DNA of 63,925 nucleotides, the filler included, from Phoronis australis (Eukaryota; Animalia; Phoronida), in assembly GCA_002633005.1 (NCBI GenBank). It is 5 parts of 5 records of this genome, joined end to end, with 100 filler letters (N's around TTAATTAATTAA, not from the genome) between each part and the next. Parts side by side here need not be neighbours in the genome. Positions count along the whole stretch, not along the records: positions 41,079 to 54,204 come from NMRA01001430.1; positions 54,305 to 61,039 come from NMRA01002124.1; positions 61,140 to 63,925 come from NMRA01003424.1; 2 more parts are not named here. One strand, 5' to 3'. Under the pieces are notes generated by a model. That model had not been told where the DNA came from and did not search any database. It worked only from the letters and a program-made list of their open reading frames with translations. A program made the position numbers and the translations under genes. Of this stretch, positions 49,946-62,220 are shown in pieces (position 1 is the first letter of the stretch; each line of letters opens with the position of its first letter).

Positions 49946-52024
49946 CGCGTAGTGATTCTCTTTCACTAGCTAAGTGGAATACATGTGTTTCATGTCAGAC
50001 TTCAGTCATCGTTTTATATACGCTTATAACGGCCAGCTATTACTACATGGTGGCTACGGTAAACCTGCACGTCTCTCAACATCCGTACATCGACCTGCAA
50101 CCTGAACTAACGTCCAGAAAGTCACCAACCTGCGGACATTCTTCTTTCGGACTGAACAATCTGCTGACCTCGCCGAGAGACATTGTTCTGCTGTCAGACG
50201 ACACTCGCTCGCTCAGCCGACATAACTGCGACGAGATCGACAAAACCGTAAGCAAAAACTGTGCATAATTGACTTACCAACATACTGTCCACGGATAGAA
50301 CGCGGTGATCGCCATCCGCTGTGCCATACTCGTGTGTATTTACTTGTGATCTATCTTACGTTCTCACGGCGGACTAACACTGTCTTGTGCCGTAGTAAAG
50401 TGTTCCGCCTAACTCGCCTCGCTGCTGTGTGGGAACTCCTTTCCCGGTGAAAATTTGTTTCGCCTAACTAGTGGACGCGTACCGTAAATCCCAAAAGGGC
50501 CGCCCATTTCCCAATTATGCGGTGGGACGGCGATGATCTGAGCGAAAACCTACTGCTATTTAAGCAGAAAATGACTCTCTATCTCGAAGATGAGGCAATT
50601 GAGGATGAAGTTAAGCAGGCTAGGAAAATCTGTCGTGGTATTGGTGATGAAGGGCTCAAGCGCCTGAATGCCAGTGGGCTCAGCGATGCAGAGTATGCAT
50701 AGACCCCCAGAGGCTCAACGCCAGTCTCAAGAGATGCCCTCACAAGATCCTTACACTGGAAGAGCTCCAACCCCACTTCGCGCATGCAAAGATCTTCAGC
50801 AAGCTCGACGCCAAAGCCGGCTACTGGTCGGTCCACCTAGACAAGAAATCACAACTCCTCACCACCTGCCGCACCCCTTTTGGCCGGGTCTGTTGGACTA
50901 GACTTCCTTTCGGGTTTTGTGTCTCCCAGGACATCTTTCAAGCTCGGATGGATCAGATCCTGGAAGGCCTATCTGGTGTCGTAGGAATTGCCGACAACGT
51001 CGCCGTTTTTGGCGCAACCGCACAGGAACATGACGAAAACCTTCGCCTTTTGATGGCCTGGGCAGCGAAGTGCGGCCTCGTTTTCAACAGCTCTAAGTGC
51101 GTAATTAAACAGACCAGCATATCCTTCTTTGGCAATCTTTGCACTGACAAGGGCGTCAAGCCTGACCCCTCTAAAATCCACGACATCCATCACATGCCCT
51201 CTCCCCAGTCCAAGGAAGATCTACAACAGTTTATGGGCATGCTCACCTACTTGTCCCAGTACATACATAACTTGGCTGNAAGTGTCTTCTTCAAAAGTCT
51301 GACATCGCACTTGCACTGCTCCAGCTAAGAGCCACACCCATTGACGCGAAACTTCTGTCTCCAGCGGTACTTCTCTTTGGTCGCCCAGTCGTTACCAATC
51401 TCCCTAGTCACTCTGTTCCTGGACGGGATGAGCATCGTCAGCAGCTAGAAGCAAGAGCCGACGACATGTGCACACAACAGCTCACGTAGGCTTCCACTGC
51501 TGCTCCCAGACCAGAACGTCGGTATTCTAAACAAGGAGAAGAAGACGTGGTCCCCTGGCACGATTGTCGACATGGACGGCAACCCATACAGCTACATTGT
51601 GTGTACGCCCAACGGTACCCATCTCAGGAGAACAAGATGTCAACTGCGTGATTCTACCCGAAGCGTGTGCATTTTAGCGATGCAACAGGCAAGGACAAAC
51701 CTACCACCACTACCATTCAGCCGAACGCACCCAGGAGATCAGGAAGAAAGACTTCCCGACCCGAATGATTCAAGGACTTTGTGTGATTATGATTAGTGAT
51801 ATTTATTAGAAACATTCACCAGTAACATACACTGTGGTTCCTATTACACTAAGCCAGTTATGCTCGTTAGGGTTCATAGTTTGTCACCCTTCACTTTTGT
51901 GACAGGAGGGATGTAGTAGTATCGCGTAATGATTCTCTCTCACTAGCCAAGTAGAATACATGTGTTTTATGTCAGACTCCAGTCGTCGTTTTATATACGC
52001 TTATAACGGCCAGCTGTTACTACA
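49946..52024 (+). mobile_element. Internally deleted Ty3/Gypsy LTR retrotransposon (Mag-like)
   Basis: 5' LTR 49946-50047 (clipped); PBS TGGTGGCTACGG; gag piece from 50517. RT motifs CIDPQRLN, FSKLDAKAGYW, RLPFG, IADN. Integrase C-terminus RATP..SPAVLLFGR. PPT AGGAGGGA; 3' LTR 51912-52024 TGTAGTA..TACTACA. Confidence 0.93.
50517..51660 (+). pseudogene. Gypsy gag-pol remnants (gag N-terminus fused to RT; protease, RNase H and integrase core missing)
   Basis: ORFs 50517-50702, 50948-51328, 51572-51796 and intervening frames. Confidence 0.88.
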
Positions 52025-52034
52025 TCAGTGGGAA

Positions 52035-52188
52035 TGTAATGGTCAAAAATACAAGAGAGAATAAAGTTTCTGTGCTCATCTGCAGGGCTTTTTATGTGAA
52101 ATAATTGAAAACATTGAATACATGTGTTGTGTGTCAGACTCCAGTCGCTGTTTTCAATACACACTTATAACGGCCAGCTATCACTACA
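52035..52188 (+). mobile_element. Additional LTR of a related subfamily, 10 bp after the 3' LTR
   Basis: TGTAATGG...TCACTACA; 52116-52188 is homologous to the 3' half of the other two LTRs, the 5' half is different. Confidence 0.65.
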
Positions 52189-53158
52189 AAACCCTTCAAA
52201 AGAATGTGGTTATCACGGAGAGATCAAAACAATAGAAGGAAAAGAACAATTCCATGCTGCTACTCAACCACTGATGCGAAAAGAAGCATTCTCTCTGGTG
52301 AAAAAGAAGTTAATCTAGAAATCGCTAAAAATCCCCAAAACGATCGTGTTTATGGGAAACAAAAAAGAGATGTTCAGCCTTCTTGACACTATCATGACAC
52401 TTTCAGATTTTCCAAAAAGTAATGGTTTCCGCTGCAGTATCTTGGGAACGAAAAACAATTATTCATGTTATTGACACTGATAGAGCTACATGAATTTATT
52501 GGATGAAAATCTTCTCCCGAAATGCAGGCGACTTTGTTCTGGAAACAATTACGTGTTTCAGCAACATGGGGCTCCTTCACACACAAACAAGACAATCCAG
52601 GGTCATCTGGCGGAATTCATCCCAAAGGATGAGTGTCTTACTTTCATTCCTGACTGCAATCCAATGGACCGTGCCATAGGAGACTCTGGACCATGCCATA
52701 GGAGACTCTGGACCATGCCATAGGAGACTCTGGACCATGCCATAGGAGACTCTGGACCATGCCATAGGAGACTCTCTGAAAGAAGTTTACCGGGAATTGA
52801 GAGACAAATTGACTGAGGAGGAGTTAAAAGACGTGATAGTTATGTCATGGAAGGAAATCTCGATGGAAGAAATATGGAAAAGTACATCTGTTTGGAAGAA
52901 ATGGCTCCGTTTAGTCGTGGATGAAGATAGAGGCCACATTGAGCACAGAGTGAAATAAGCGAGCTTCCCTTTGATATTTTATTTTTTACCTGTTTTTAAT
53001 TTGACAGTACTCGCACAACTGGACACAGTTCTCTTTGATATTTTGTGCATTTTTGATGATATCATAAGGTTCATCTGTAAGAAATTTGATAAAAAATCGG
53101 TATATCCGTTACTGAGATATTACTTGTCAAAAAGTGGCTCACTTTTTGGGACACCTGA
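52189..53158 (+). mobile_element. Tc1/mariner (maT/DD37D-like) transposon right half, transposase pseudogene
   Basis: NPQNDRVYG, YVFQQ(H)GAPSHT, PDCNPMD, GHIEHRVK* (stop at 52958); right TIR GGCTCACTTTTTGGGACACCTGA|TA. Confidence 0.85.
52665..52774. repeat. 22-bp tandem repeat (TGGACCATGCCATAGGAGACTC)x5 within the transposase
   Basis: Four identical copies plus one with a single change. Confidence 0.95.
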
Positions 53159-54204
53159 TATATACTAATATATAGTAGTTTAGTCTTAGGTACATAATAA
53201 CGTTACACGGAAATGGACGAACTTCGTATCGAATGAGCATGTTTCAGAGTGCCACATTTTCTAAGGGTAGTTTGATAAACGACTTTTTTAAAATGGCGAA
53301 TTAAAAGTGTGGACAGACAGCAGAGCAGTTTGCAGTCGATGATTCTTTGAAATAAATAATAGATGGCGTAGTTTACGTGGGCAATGCACTGATTACGGAT
53401 CGAAAGCTATGAGAGTATACCTTTTATTATTGGCGTGCACCCAAGTTAGTAGCAGGAAGGCATCTTCTTGGTAATAAGGACATCTCGTGTAGCCATTTTG
53501 ACAGAGGTTTAGTCTGCTATAATCGGCCATGATACCAACCTCGAAACTCTTGCTCCAAAGAAATTTTTGCACTGATACATGACTGAGTAAGATAACACAT
53601 GGAACCGTGCACTGGCCAAGTTATTTACATCAATGTGGACAAAATTGCACGAAAAACAAAATTTCCACATAAACATGAAGTCAGTCGTGGCGTAAGCAGT
53701 TTAAACATAATAACTGAAGAAGGCTGACGAAAAGCATTATTAAGGAACGAAATTAAGTAATCCTGAATGTTACTAGACCTAGAACAATTCCAAGGTTGTC
53801 CACAGATAACGTGCACGAAGACTATTTACCCTTCAATGTTCTTTACAACCGTTTTGCTCATATTTAACTTTCTTTCATGAAGGTTTATGTCACGAAGTTC
53901 CATCAGGCGAAGACCACTGCCCTCTGGGTGACGCAAACTCGTGCTGGAACAACGTTTGTAGAATTGCTGTGGTGGATATATAACAACAAGAACAGTAAAC
54001 TTCGTTTTTGAGTATTTTTTCTTGTATTATCGATGATCGATCCAAACAATGAACTTTTAACATCAGAAATACTGTACTGGTATCAGGATTCGCGGGGATA
54101 TGGTCAAGAAATCAAAAAAGCGGGTGTAACACGAGATCAGCTAGTAAGCTCTATAACGCAATTAGTAAACGCCAAGAGAAGAGATAAAAACAACTTAGTC
54201 GGTT

Positions 54205-54304
54205 NNNNNNNNNNNNNNNNNNNNNNNNNNNNNNNNNNNNNNNNNNNNTTAATTAATTAANNNNNNNNNNNNNNNNNNNNNNNNNNNNNNNNNNNNNNNN
54301 NNNN
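54205..54304. other. Artificial contig spacer
   Basis: N44-TTAATTAATTAA-N44. Confidence 0.97.
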
Positions 54305-54380
54305 CGGACGGACGGACGGACGGACGGACAGAGATGACGGCATAATGCGTCCACATATAAATATGTGGGCGCATAATAAA
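54305..54380 (-). mobile_element. HINE/Helentron terminus with (GGAC)n microsatellite, same family as 26157
   Basis: Reverse complement TTTATTATGCGCCCACATATTTATATGTGGACGCATTATGCCGTCATCTCTGTCCGTCCGTCCG. Confidence 0.8.
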
Positions 54381-54859
54381 TGCTCTTCAAGCTCTATACT
54401 TCAAGAGCAACAATGCCATGAACTGAGATTTTATCATTGTAAAGATGTAATTTAAACTGTATCATGAGACCAAGGCCTACATGCAATAACATTTTTGATT
54501 ACGATTCACCGTTTAAATAATAACGGTGAGAAAATGGGTCTAGTTTTTATCTATTTACAAAGCCATGCTTCAAAATGTTATCTATACTTAATGAGTGTTT
54601 GCCAAGCATTCTTGTAGCATATGTCAAGCTACGCGATACAGCTTCTCTATAAATTCAAGTGGCCAAGATGCAAAATGTAAGAGCACCTTTCCTTCATACT
54701 CACTAACTAAATAACAAGCTATTATCAAGATTACTAAACCACGCATAATACGATTCAAACCTTTCCACGCTACTGCTAAAAATGATTTCCAACCAGCAAA
54801 AAGAGTATCAAAAAAAGTAAGGCCATTAGTTTCTCATAAAGTCCCTGTCTCAGAAAATT

Positions 54860-55160
54860 CTCTCACAATTTTGGTTCTCAATGCACAAGCTTTGTAATGA
54901 AACAGGGCGGCACGCACGTCTACCAGAGAGTGAAAGAATTGGTGAAATCTGCAACATTGGACACATTAAAAACGAGCTTCACTTTATGCGTCATTGCTCT
55001 GTCCGAAATTTGCTGACCAATACGACGGATGATGCAAGCGTATTTAGCTTATTACAAAGTCACGATCCTTGTCTTAAAAAGCCTGGCGCTCTATATCTCA
55101 GGAGCAACAATGCTAAGAACTGAGATTTCATCACTGTAAAGTTGTAATGTAATCTGATGG
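54860..55160 (+). mobile_element. L2/Crack/Daphne-type LINE C-terminal zinc-knuckle remnant; 3' segment repeated at about 54390-54460
   Basis: HKLCNETGRH..LP..ERIGEIC..GHIKNELHFMRHC matches HxLxIETGR...RxCxxC...EDExHF..xC. Confidence 0.72.
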
Positions 55161-57237
55161 CAGAAATCATACGTTGATATGACATGGAACACTGTTTTGT
55201 TGGAGTTAATGAGCTTATTTCAAGATTTTCATTTATAATGCCACAGGCTGAAGAAAATGCCCTTTTGAAGAAAGAAGAAAACTTAGATTGTGCGAAATGT
55301 TACCAATAAAAATACAACATTTTTATCTTTGAATCTCTGGTTTCCTTACTAATTTGTACGGTGTTAAGTATGTAAGTTGACCTTTTCAAAGCAATTTTGC
55401 ACACGGGAATTTTAGAAAGTGGAAAAGTTAATGCATTAAAGCCTTAATTCAAGAAGACTGGCTGAAACAAAACGAGGGAGTTGCGGGGGAGGTCCAAACC
55501 ATAACGTGAATGAGAAGACAGTGGTAGGCTGTACACGCCTGAACACGTGTCTCTTAGATTAGGTACAGGCAAATACTCAAAGGGTTTACACACACGCAAA
55601 CTAACAATCGAACAGAATGCAGTAAGGGGGTGCATTTCTATTATAATGGTACTCAGTCATGCTGAAGTCACACCGTGTTTCTTTAATTGTTTGCCATACA
55701 GTGTGACAGAGACGTGAGACTTTTAATTCTTGCTGGAATTAACAGTAGAGCTTTTTCTTTGTGTTAAACACAACATGTACAGTGCAACAGTCGTAAAGCA
55801 ACACTCGTTCGAATTTGGATTAGTTGTGGTCATCCTTTGAAAATACAAAAAAGACAAATTTGGCAACAGTTTCTGTTCAAATTAACTGGAGAATTACTGT
55901 ATAGCACATATTAAAAATGTGTCTTTGATGTCAAAAGGAATTTTAAAGCTCTTTTGAGGATTAATGTCATCACGGTAGTGTAGAATCAGACAATGCAAAA
56001 CCGAAAGTGAAGATTATGGCCCACCGGCTCTCTAGCCTATTTTTAAACCAAGTAATAGATCAATCAGCATGACTGATGCCAAAACTAGGCGCCACTTAGT
56101 TTTGAACTAAGTCCACCACAGTGAGTTGAAAATTTAAGGAAAAACTAAAACTCCATCACCTGGTCCGTCTTCCGTGGACGCAAGAAACTCGTGAAATGCT
56201 AGTTCACCTAATGCATCACAATATATCACCATGCACAACAACTGAAGCTCATGATCACACTAGGTTTTATCACGAGTGTCTTAGGTCTACGGAATGCAAC
56301 CCTGAACACCAAACCAAAACTACATCTGGTGATTCAGTTCAGATTCGACAGTGTCGACATCTCTTCCACCAGTAGAGTTAGACATTACAAAGCACACACA
56401 GAGGTCATTTACACAAGGACGGAAACATAACTAAGCTACTACATTGGGACATTGGGGTCACATGCACAAATCTCTCATCAAACTTTCGAAATATCCTTAC
56501 AGACTTCCATAGGAGTGGATTCTTTAACATCCTGGGGTGAAAGAAAAGTTAAAGCAATGTGATTAAGCTATTTAACGAAGACACATTTTTGAGAATTTAA
56601 GCGTCTAGAAAGCCCAGTACTCTGAATAAGAACAGTGGTAAAAGTTCAAGGTCACCCGGGTCAAAAAAGCTGGACCTTACATGTTTTGCTTGGCAAAAGG
56701 AAAATGTATGATGTGTAGACAAAACATTAACATAAAGACACGACATGCCAGTCATACCGATCAGTGTTTATATTGTGCCACTGGATGGAACTCGCTATAG
56801 CGAAATTAATTCTAATGAACAGGACACAGAATTTTCAGACAAGAATTTTAGAAGATGATACATCGTGCAGTTAAAATCCTTCGTTGGTAAACTGCTGATG
56901 CAGACTGTGCAAATGGACATATTTTTTTAAAATAAATTAATAAATCTGTACAAGACAAGTACATATTACAATGGAAACAGAATGTCAAACCCCTACGACC
57001 ATTTTTAAGTGGGAATAAACATTGCATTCTAGTATTATTAAGTTACCAGCTAAACATTAAATAAATAAATAAACAAATAGAAAGTATCAATACAGGCAAA
57101 GCCCATTAATATCTTTTCAATGAGTGACACAAATTTGTCAAAGTCTGTCTACGATTAGACGAAACAAATAAATATAAAATTGGAGATGAAATGAGTATAA
57201 CGTAAAATTATACATTTTGTCGACATTCTGTTTCAAG

Positions 57238-57432
57238 TCACACACTAGAAAGGAATGAATCAACTTTCTCTACCATTTCTACTCCTTCCTTGTCGTCGAC
57301 TTCAATCTTCAATATCCTGGCTATCTCGGTAAAAGTCTTGTTTTTCGTCTCCGGCAGGAATTTCCACAAGAATGCTCCAAAAATAGCGAGAAAGACCATG
57401 AAAGGCATGAAAGAGTAAGCCTTAATGGCTTC
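57238..57432 (-). CDS. Facilitated sugar transporter (SLC2A/GLUT family), last exon
   Basis: ACAG|EAIKAYSFMPFMVFLAIFGAFLWKFLPETKNKTFTEIARIL...DSFLSSV*; PETK motif. Confidence 0.95.
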   Translation of the reverse strand, partial: EAIKAYSFMPFMVFLAIFGAFLWKFLPETKNKTFTEIARILKIEVDDKEGVEMVEKVDSFLSSV

Positions 57433-58658
57433 CTGTAAGAGACGAGAGGAAAACTGTGATGACGACGAGTAAGTACAAACAACGTTGTGGAAAAATTGTT
57501 GTCTTACGGTGACGGAAACCGTATCTGTAATTCCAGTGCACCCTTTGTGATTGCTAACTCAAGCTGAGACATAAGCAACCATGGATAGTCGAAAAACCGG
57601 TAACAGTCACTTGCAGGGGCCCACATTTTGAGAACCAGTTTTCTCCACTGAATAACAGGCATCAAACTGGTTCTCAAAATCCGAGACCCCTGTGATAGAC
57701 TAGTGCCAAAACACCAATACCACACAAGCAGCAGCACCCTAATTATATTACGTCTTCTGATGTCAGGGTGGAAGAGTGGATAGATGTTTGGTGCCCTATG
57801 TAATCAATGCCCTTGTCTACGACAGGTATTAAATTACAGGTAATTTACGTATACAACGGAGGGCAATGTCACATTTGCATTTTGGGAAATTGGTCGCTAG
57901 CAACATTTCCAACCAACATATGATGAGAAGAAATGATACACCACCAAGCTCTACTGTAGCTTGCCCACGCAACAGCTTTTGCTATTCGTAAAAATGTCAA
58001 TCACGACATTGGCTGCCTATACCGCTTTAGATGATGCAGGCTGGGAGAATCGGGAAGTCTGACTCGTAAATAATGATCAGAATCTATAGTACATATAGCA
58101 GAAATACAATTTCTACACCACTGTTCTAAGCAGTAGACTGATGAGTTTTTAACGAACTTTACACAGGATCGATACGTAGTCTGAAGCAGATACAAACTGC
58201 GGATATTGTTAAAAGTCTTACACAGTTCTAATTCAATAAAGCTGGTATTGGACACACGAATAGCAGCAATGAATCTTTCTTTAAAGCAATCGATGAACTG
58301 CATTTCGTCAAGGGTTGGGACGCTAACTCGATGTATAACAAAACCAAGAGGAGCTTTTCAAAGATGGATCAAAGCGAATTGAAAATTATGGAAATTATCC
58401 ACTTGTTTTGCTTAAAAATAATTGTCAATTTTTTTTCAATTTTCAAAGTCTGGTTACCTATTTCCAAATAATGAGAGTTTCAGCGAATATTTTTACGACT
58501 TTTACTCACTACAATCCACGCTTGAAATAGACAAAAATGATCTTAATTTTCACTTTTGTGGAGAAAATTGACAAAATAGAATTTTACTTGCCGGATATAC
58601 TGTGTGCTAAATACGTGAAAAATTACCGTACATTTAATTTGTCATGCTGACTACTAAC

Positions 58659-58786
58659 CTGCATAGATGGGAAACCAATGGCAACCAAGAAGTTAGCGAA
58701 CCAGTTCATGAAACCAGCGAAGGACATCGCAGGGGGTCGAGGACCCTGCTTGAACAGCTCGGCACCGATGAATTGTGGGATGGAAC
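58659..58786 (-). CDS. SLC2A/GLUT exon (TM10-TM11)
   Basis: CAG|[43 protein letters not shown]|GTTAGT; phases are consistent with neighbouring exons. Confidence 0.95.
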
Positions 58787-59146
58787 CTGTGGATGAAAAA
58801 AGCAAAACTTTCCTTAGAGACTGTTGTAAAGTACACAGAAGGCATTTATGAGCAAGAGTAAAAATAATGGTACACGGCTCAAAATGGGTATTTTATGCTA
58901 AAATATCACCATTTTCAGACAAAACAATTGCCATTTTTGTTTCACTTTTCAAAACCTAATATTATTGTGAACGCCTATAATTTCTAAAAAATAAAGTCTG
59001 ATGTTAGGTAAAAAAATGACGAAGTGGTTATATATAAAGTGTTACTTAATCTTTTACACACAATAATGGAAAATACAAAATTTTACTAATTCACCATATT
59101 GTATCCTAAATTGGCGAGAATCTAACATAAATTTCATCACACTTAC

Positions 59147-59324
59147 CAAGACCTATAGCGAAGCTTATGACGAATAAAATGGTGCATACAACACTGATGT
59201 AGGACAACCAGTTTGCAATTTCATACAGATTTAGACATATAGTCATGACTGCAGCAGAAACAAACATTCCCAGCATGCCTCCCAATAATAGGATGCGGCG
59301 CCCTCCTTTGTCCATGAGTGGAAC
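59147..59324 (-). CDS. SLC2A/GLUT exon (TM9-TM10)
   Basis: TAG|VPLMDKGGRRILLLGG...FVISFAIGL G|GTAAGT; sugar-porter D-x-x-GRR motif. Confidence 0.95.
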
Positions 59325-59800
59325 CTAGCAGAAAGTAGACAAATTATCAACCTCCCGAAGAACACATTTTTATAATTGAAATTCATCGGTAGATTCCCAC
59401 ATCTCGAAATCTTTGCTCTTCGTTTGCGGAGGTAGATAAGCACAGTTTTCGAAATGTGGGGGTGTTAAACACACTTCTGAGTTGAGTCAGACAAGCAAAA
59501 AACGCTTATCATGCCAGAATCAGATTCTTAATTTTCATGTCGGCATTACAACAGCAAAACTTTATTTATGTCAGAATGACAAATGGCAAACTAATTTTAA
59601 TCTAAACCAGTCATTAATATGGCAGCTGCAATTGTTCTGCTTTGGGGCAAGTGTTCCACGGCTGCACGGCATTGTGGGTAAATTATCGCCAAATCAGAGA
59701 GGGCATGGTAGATTGGTAGCTATATATTGCTAACCTCTCAAAAACCATAAAATAACTTTGCTTTCTGGGAATGTAAGAAACTTGTAAACAACTTTCTTAC

Positions 59801-59911
59801 CGAAATGACCGTCATGATGACGTTAATCACGCCAGTACCCAACGTAGCGTACTGGACGTACTCCTCAGTGATTCCTGCCTTGTTAAACACACTCGTTGAG
59901 TAGTAGAACAC
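59801..59911 (-). CDS. SLC2A/GLUT exon (TM7 end-TM8); upstream exons not in this contig
   Basis: TTTCAG|VFYYSTSVFNKAGITEEYVQYATLGTGVINVIMTVIS|GTAAGA. Confidence 0.95.
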
Positions 59912-61039
59912 CTGAAAGTGAAGAATAATTACAGTTGCTTCTGCTTTCAAGCGTTTACAACCAAACTGACCAGTTGTTCATGCCAACTGAAGAACAAAGT
60001 TTGCTCACGATTTCCACAAAGCCTCCACTGTATATTTCAAAACATACAGACTCAACTGAAAGGTCAGACCTGTGGCAATAACCTGCAAAACCCCACGTGT
60101 CTGTTTCACAAAAACGTTCTAACTTGATAACAGTAGACTTACACCAAAACTTACTCACAACTGGTCACAAGATTCCCCAAGGTTCACACTAAGTATATCA
60201 AATGTCATAAAGTTACAACAATCAAGTGAAACATACCCAAGGAACAAAGGTTTTCTTACTACACATAAATGTTATAAGCAGAAACCAAAATTATCTGAAT
60301 CCCATAAAACACCGAGTTACAAAGACAGTTTTCATGAAACATCTCCTAGTCTGAGAGATTGCTATCAAATTGCCTGGAAAATGGGTACCACATAGGATTG
60401 TTACAGACTGCTATAGTATCCACCAGATAGTTGTTTGATAGCTATCCAATGGTTATAGGCCTCCTGGTAATAGGCAGTGATTTACCACACAGGAGTGTAT
60501 TGAAAACATTTTTTGAAAACTGCTTGTGTACACCACACTTTTGCATTTTCAATGATACACAGCTGCCTGGTTAAACACACGCGTGTACTCAATGTAAACT
60601 ACCATAACAGCTCTGGATTAGTTAGACATGTGGGAGATACAGCTGGCATGAACACACCTACAACTGGGATCAATATGTAACCTGAAGCACACATGATGGT
60701 AGCTGATCAAATTTACAATCAAATTCTGTTTAACATATACAAAGAGGATGCGCTGTACATCTGTGACAATGAATGAATGAATGAATGAAGAATTTTTACT
60801 ACCCTAATGCTGTGTCCTCACGTCAACCAATAGAAAGACTTGATGGTGTCCCCAATGTAAACACAAATCAATCTAGCTGTTTTCATTTTTCAGAAGCATT
60901 AAGTCACATCATCATGAATGTTTATGCCCAGACATAATGTTTTCTAGCGCTTCCTGGGCTTAAATGGACTTTGTGCATAAATGACCACTATACAGTCCTC
61001 GATCACTATTTGTGGGAAGTACGTTTTTTAAATTGTGGG

Positions 61040-61139
61040 NNNNNNNNNNNNNNNNNNNNNNNNNNNNNNNNNNNNNNNNNNNNTTAATTAATTAANNNNN
61101 NNNNNNNNNNNNNNNNNNNNNNNNNNNNNNNNNNNNNNN
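61040..61139. other. Artificial contig spacer
   Basis: N44-TTAATTAATTAA-N44. Confidence 0.97.
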
Positions 61140-61437
61140 CAAAAAGGTCCGCCTCAGAGAGACAAAAAGTCTGAGAAAATGAGACATAAGTCCATTAACG
61201 TGTACACAACATGACTCTAGTACCTCAAAATAAATTTTATTATTATATCTTACTTGATTTCAGTGCCTTTAGTGCACAGCTCATAAAGAAACACAAACGA
61301 AAATTGGAAAAAAAAATAATTATGTTCAACGTCAAGGGTTGAACCCAAGTCTTAGGCCATATTGTTCGGATCAGAGACAACGTGTATAGCTTGAAGTGAA
61401 AGCAAAGTATTTTAGCGTCAAGAAGGTTCGTAGAGGG

Positions 61438-61667
61438 ATGAAAAAATGTGTTTGCGGAGGCTGCAGCAACAGCAGCCAGATGGAGAACGTCTCGGTGTTC
61501 CGAAGTACGCTAAAGTTGCGCAGAAGTGACATCGCTTCGTGCGCCGAATGAGAGTGTGGGACCTCAGCGTGGACCAAGCGATTCGGTCCGGGGCCACTCT
61601 GTGTTCTGCCCATTTTGAGGACTCATGTTTCGACTCCAGTCAGAGGAGACGTTACGATGAAGGCCTG
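61438..61667 (+). pseudogene. THAP domain (frameshifted)
   Basis: MKKCVCGGCSNSSQMENVSVF/PKYAKVAQK*HRFVRR...ATLCSAHFEDSCFD; complete C2CH set, with the conserved Trp changed to TGA. Confidence 0.85.
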
Positions 61668-61919
61668 GGTCCCGTTCCAACAAAACTAACTTAGCTAAGA
61701 CAATTCTTAAATTTAACTAAATTTTAAAATAAAAGTTAAATTTGTCTCAAATTCATTTCAAGGAAGATATCTTAAGCTTAATTTAAGTGTTTGACATAAT
61801 TAAGCTTTGTCATAATTTTGACAAACTTACCGGATGTGGAAGTTTCAAAGATTGGAAGTTAAGACAAATCTTAAACTTAAGTCAAAAAGGAACTTAAGTC
61901 AGTTTCTTGGAACGGGCCC
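61668..61919. mobile_element. PIF/Harbinger-like MITE, copy 2, TSD CTG
   Basis: CTG|GGTCCCGTTCCAA ... TTGGAACGGGCCC|CTG. Confidence 0.85.
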
Positions 61920-61951
61920 CTGGTTCATTAAAGGACAATACCAGTATTTAC

Positions 61952-62220
61952 CATTCAGAAACATCGGCTCTTTATTCAGGATCGTCCGTTGGATGACTGA
62001 GTTGACTCGCCCAGCCCGAGGCCGCTTCTCTCGCTGGAGGATCCAGTTCGTAAAGCCTCAAAGTAGAAAAGTACGCAGCCGGAAGCACATCAAATTCGTT
62101 CTCGCTTTCGTGCAACCCCATTTCCTCATCCTGACCACCATTCCCATACGTTTCTTCATAGTATTCGTTCAATTCTTGCTCATAATCGTCGTCGCTTTCA
62201 AATTCCCTACTCTCCGCCAT
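61952..62220 (-). pseudogene. First exon of a KolX / P2X7-ballast-like accessory gene
   Basis: Acidic N-terminus, LRLYELDPP (YxFEP-like), then RADVSEW split by TG|GTAAAT, the position where WCxCGxC normally begins. Confidence 0.5.

Noticed and set aside
52665-52774. 22-bp repeat as a CRISPR array
   Set aside because: No spacers; the unit is transposase coding sequence.
58001-58320. 100-aa minus ORF, or a plus-strand IDELHFVKGW DEAH-like motif, in the GLUT intron
   Set aside because: A single short motif with surrounding stops; not enough to call a helicase or an exon.
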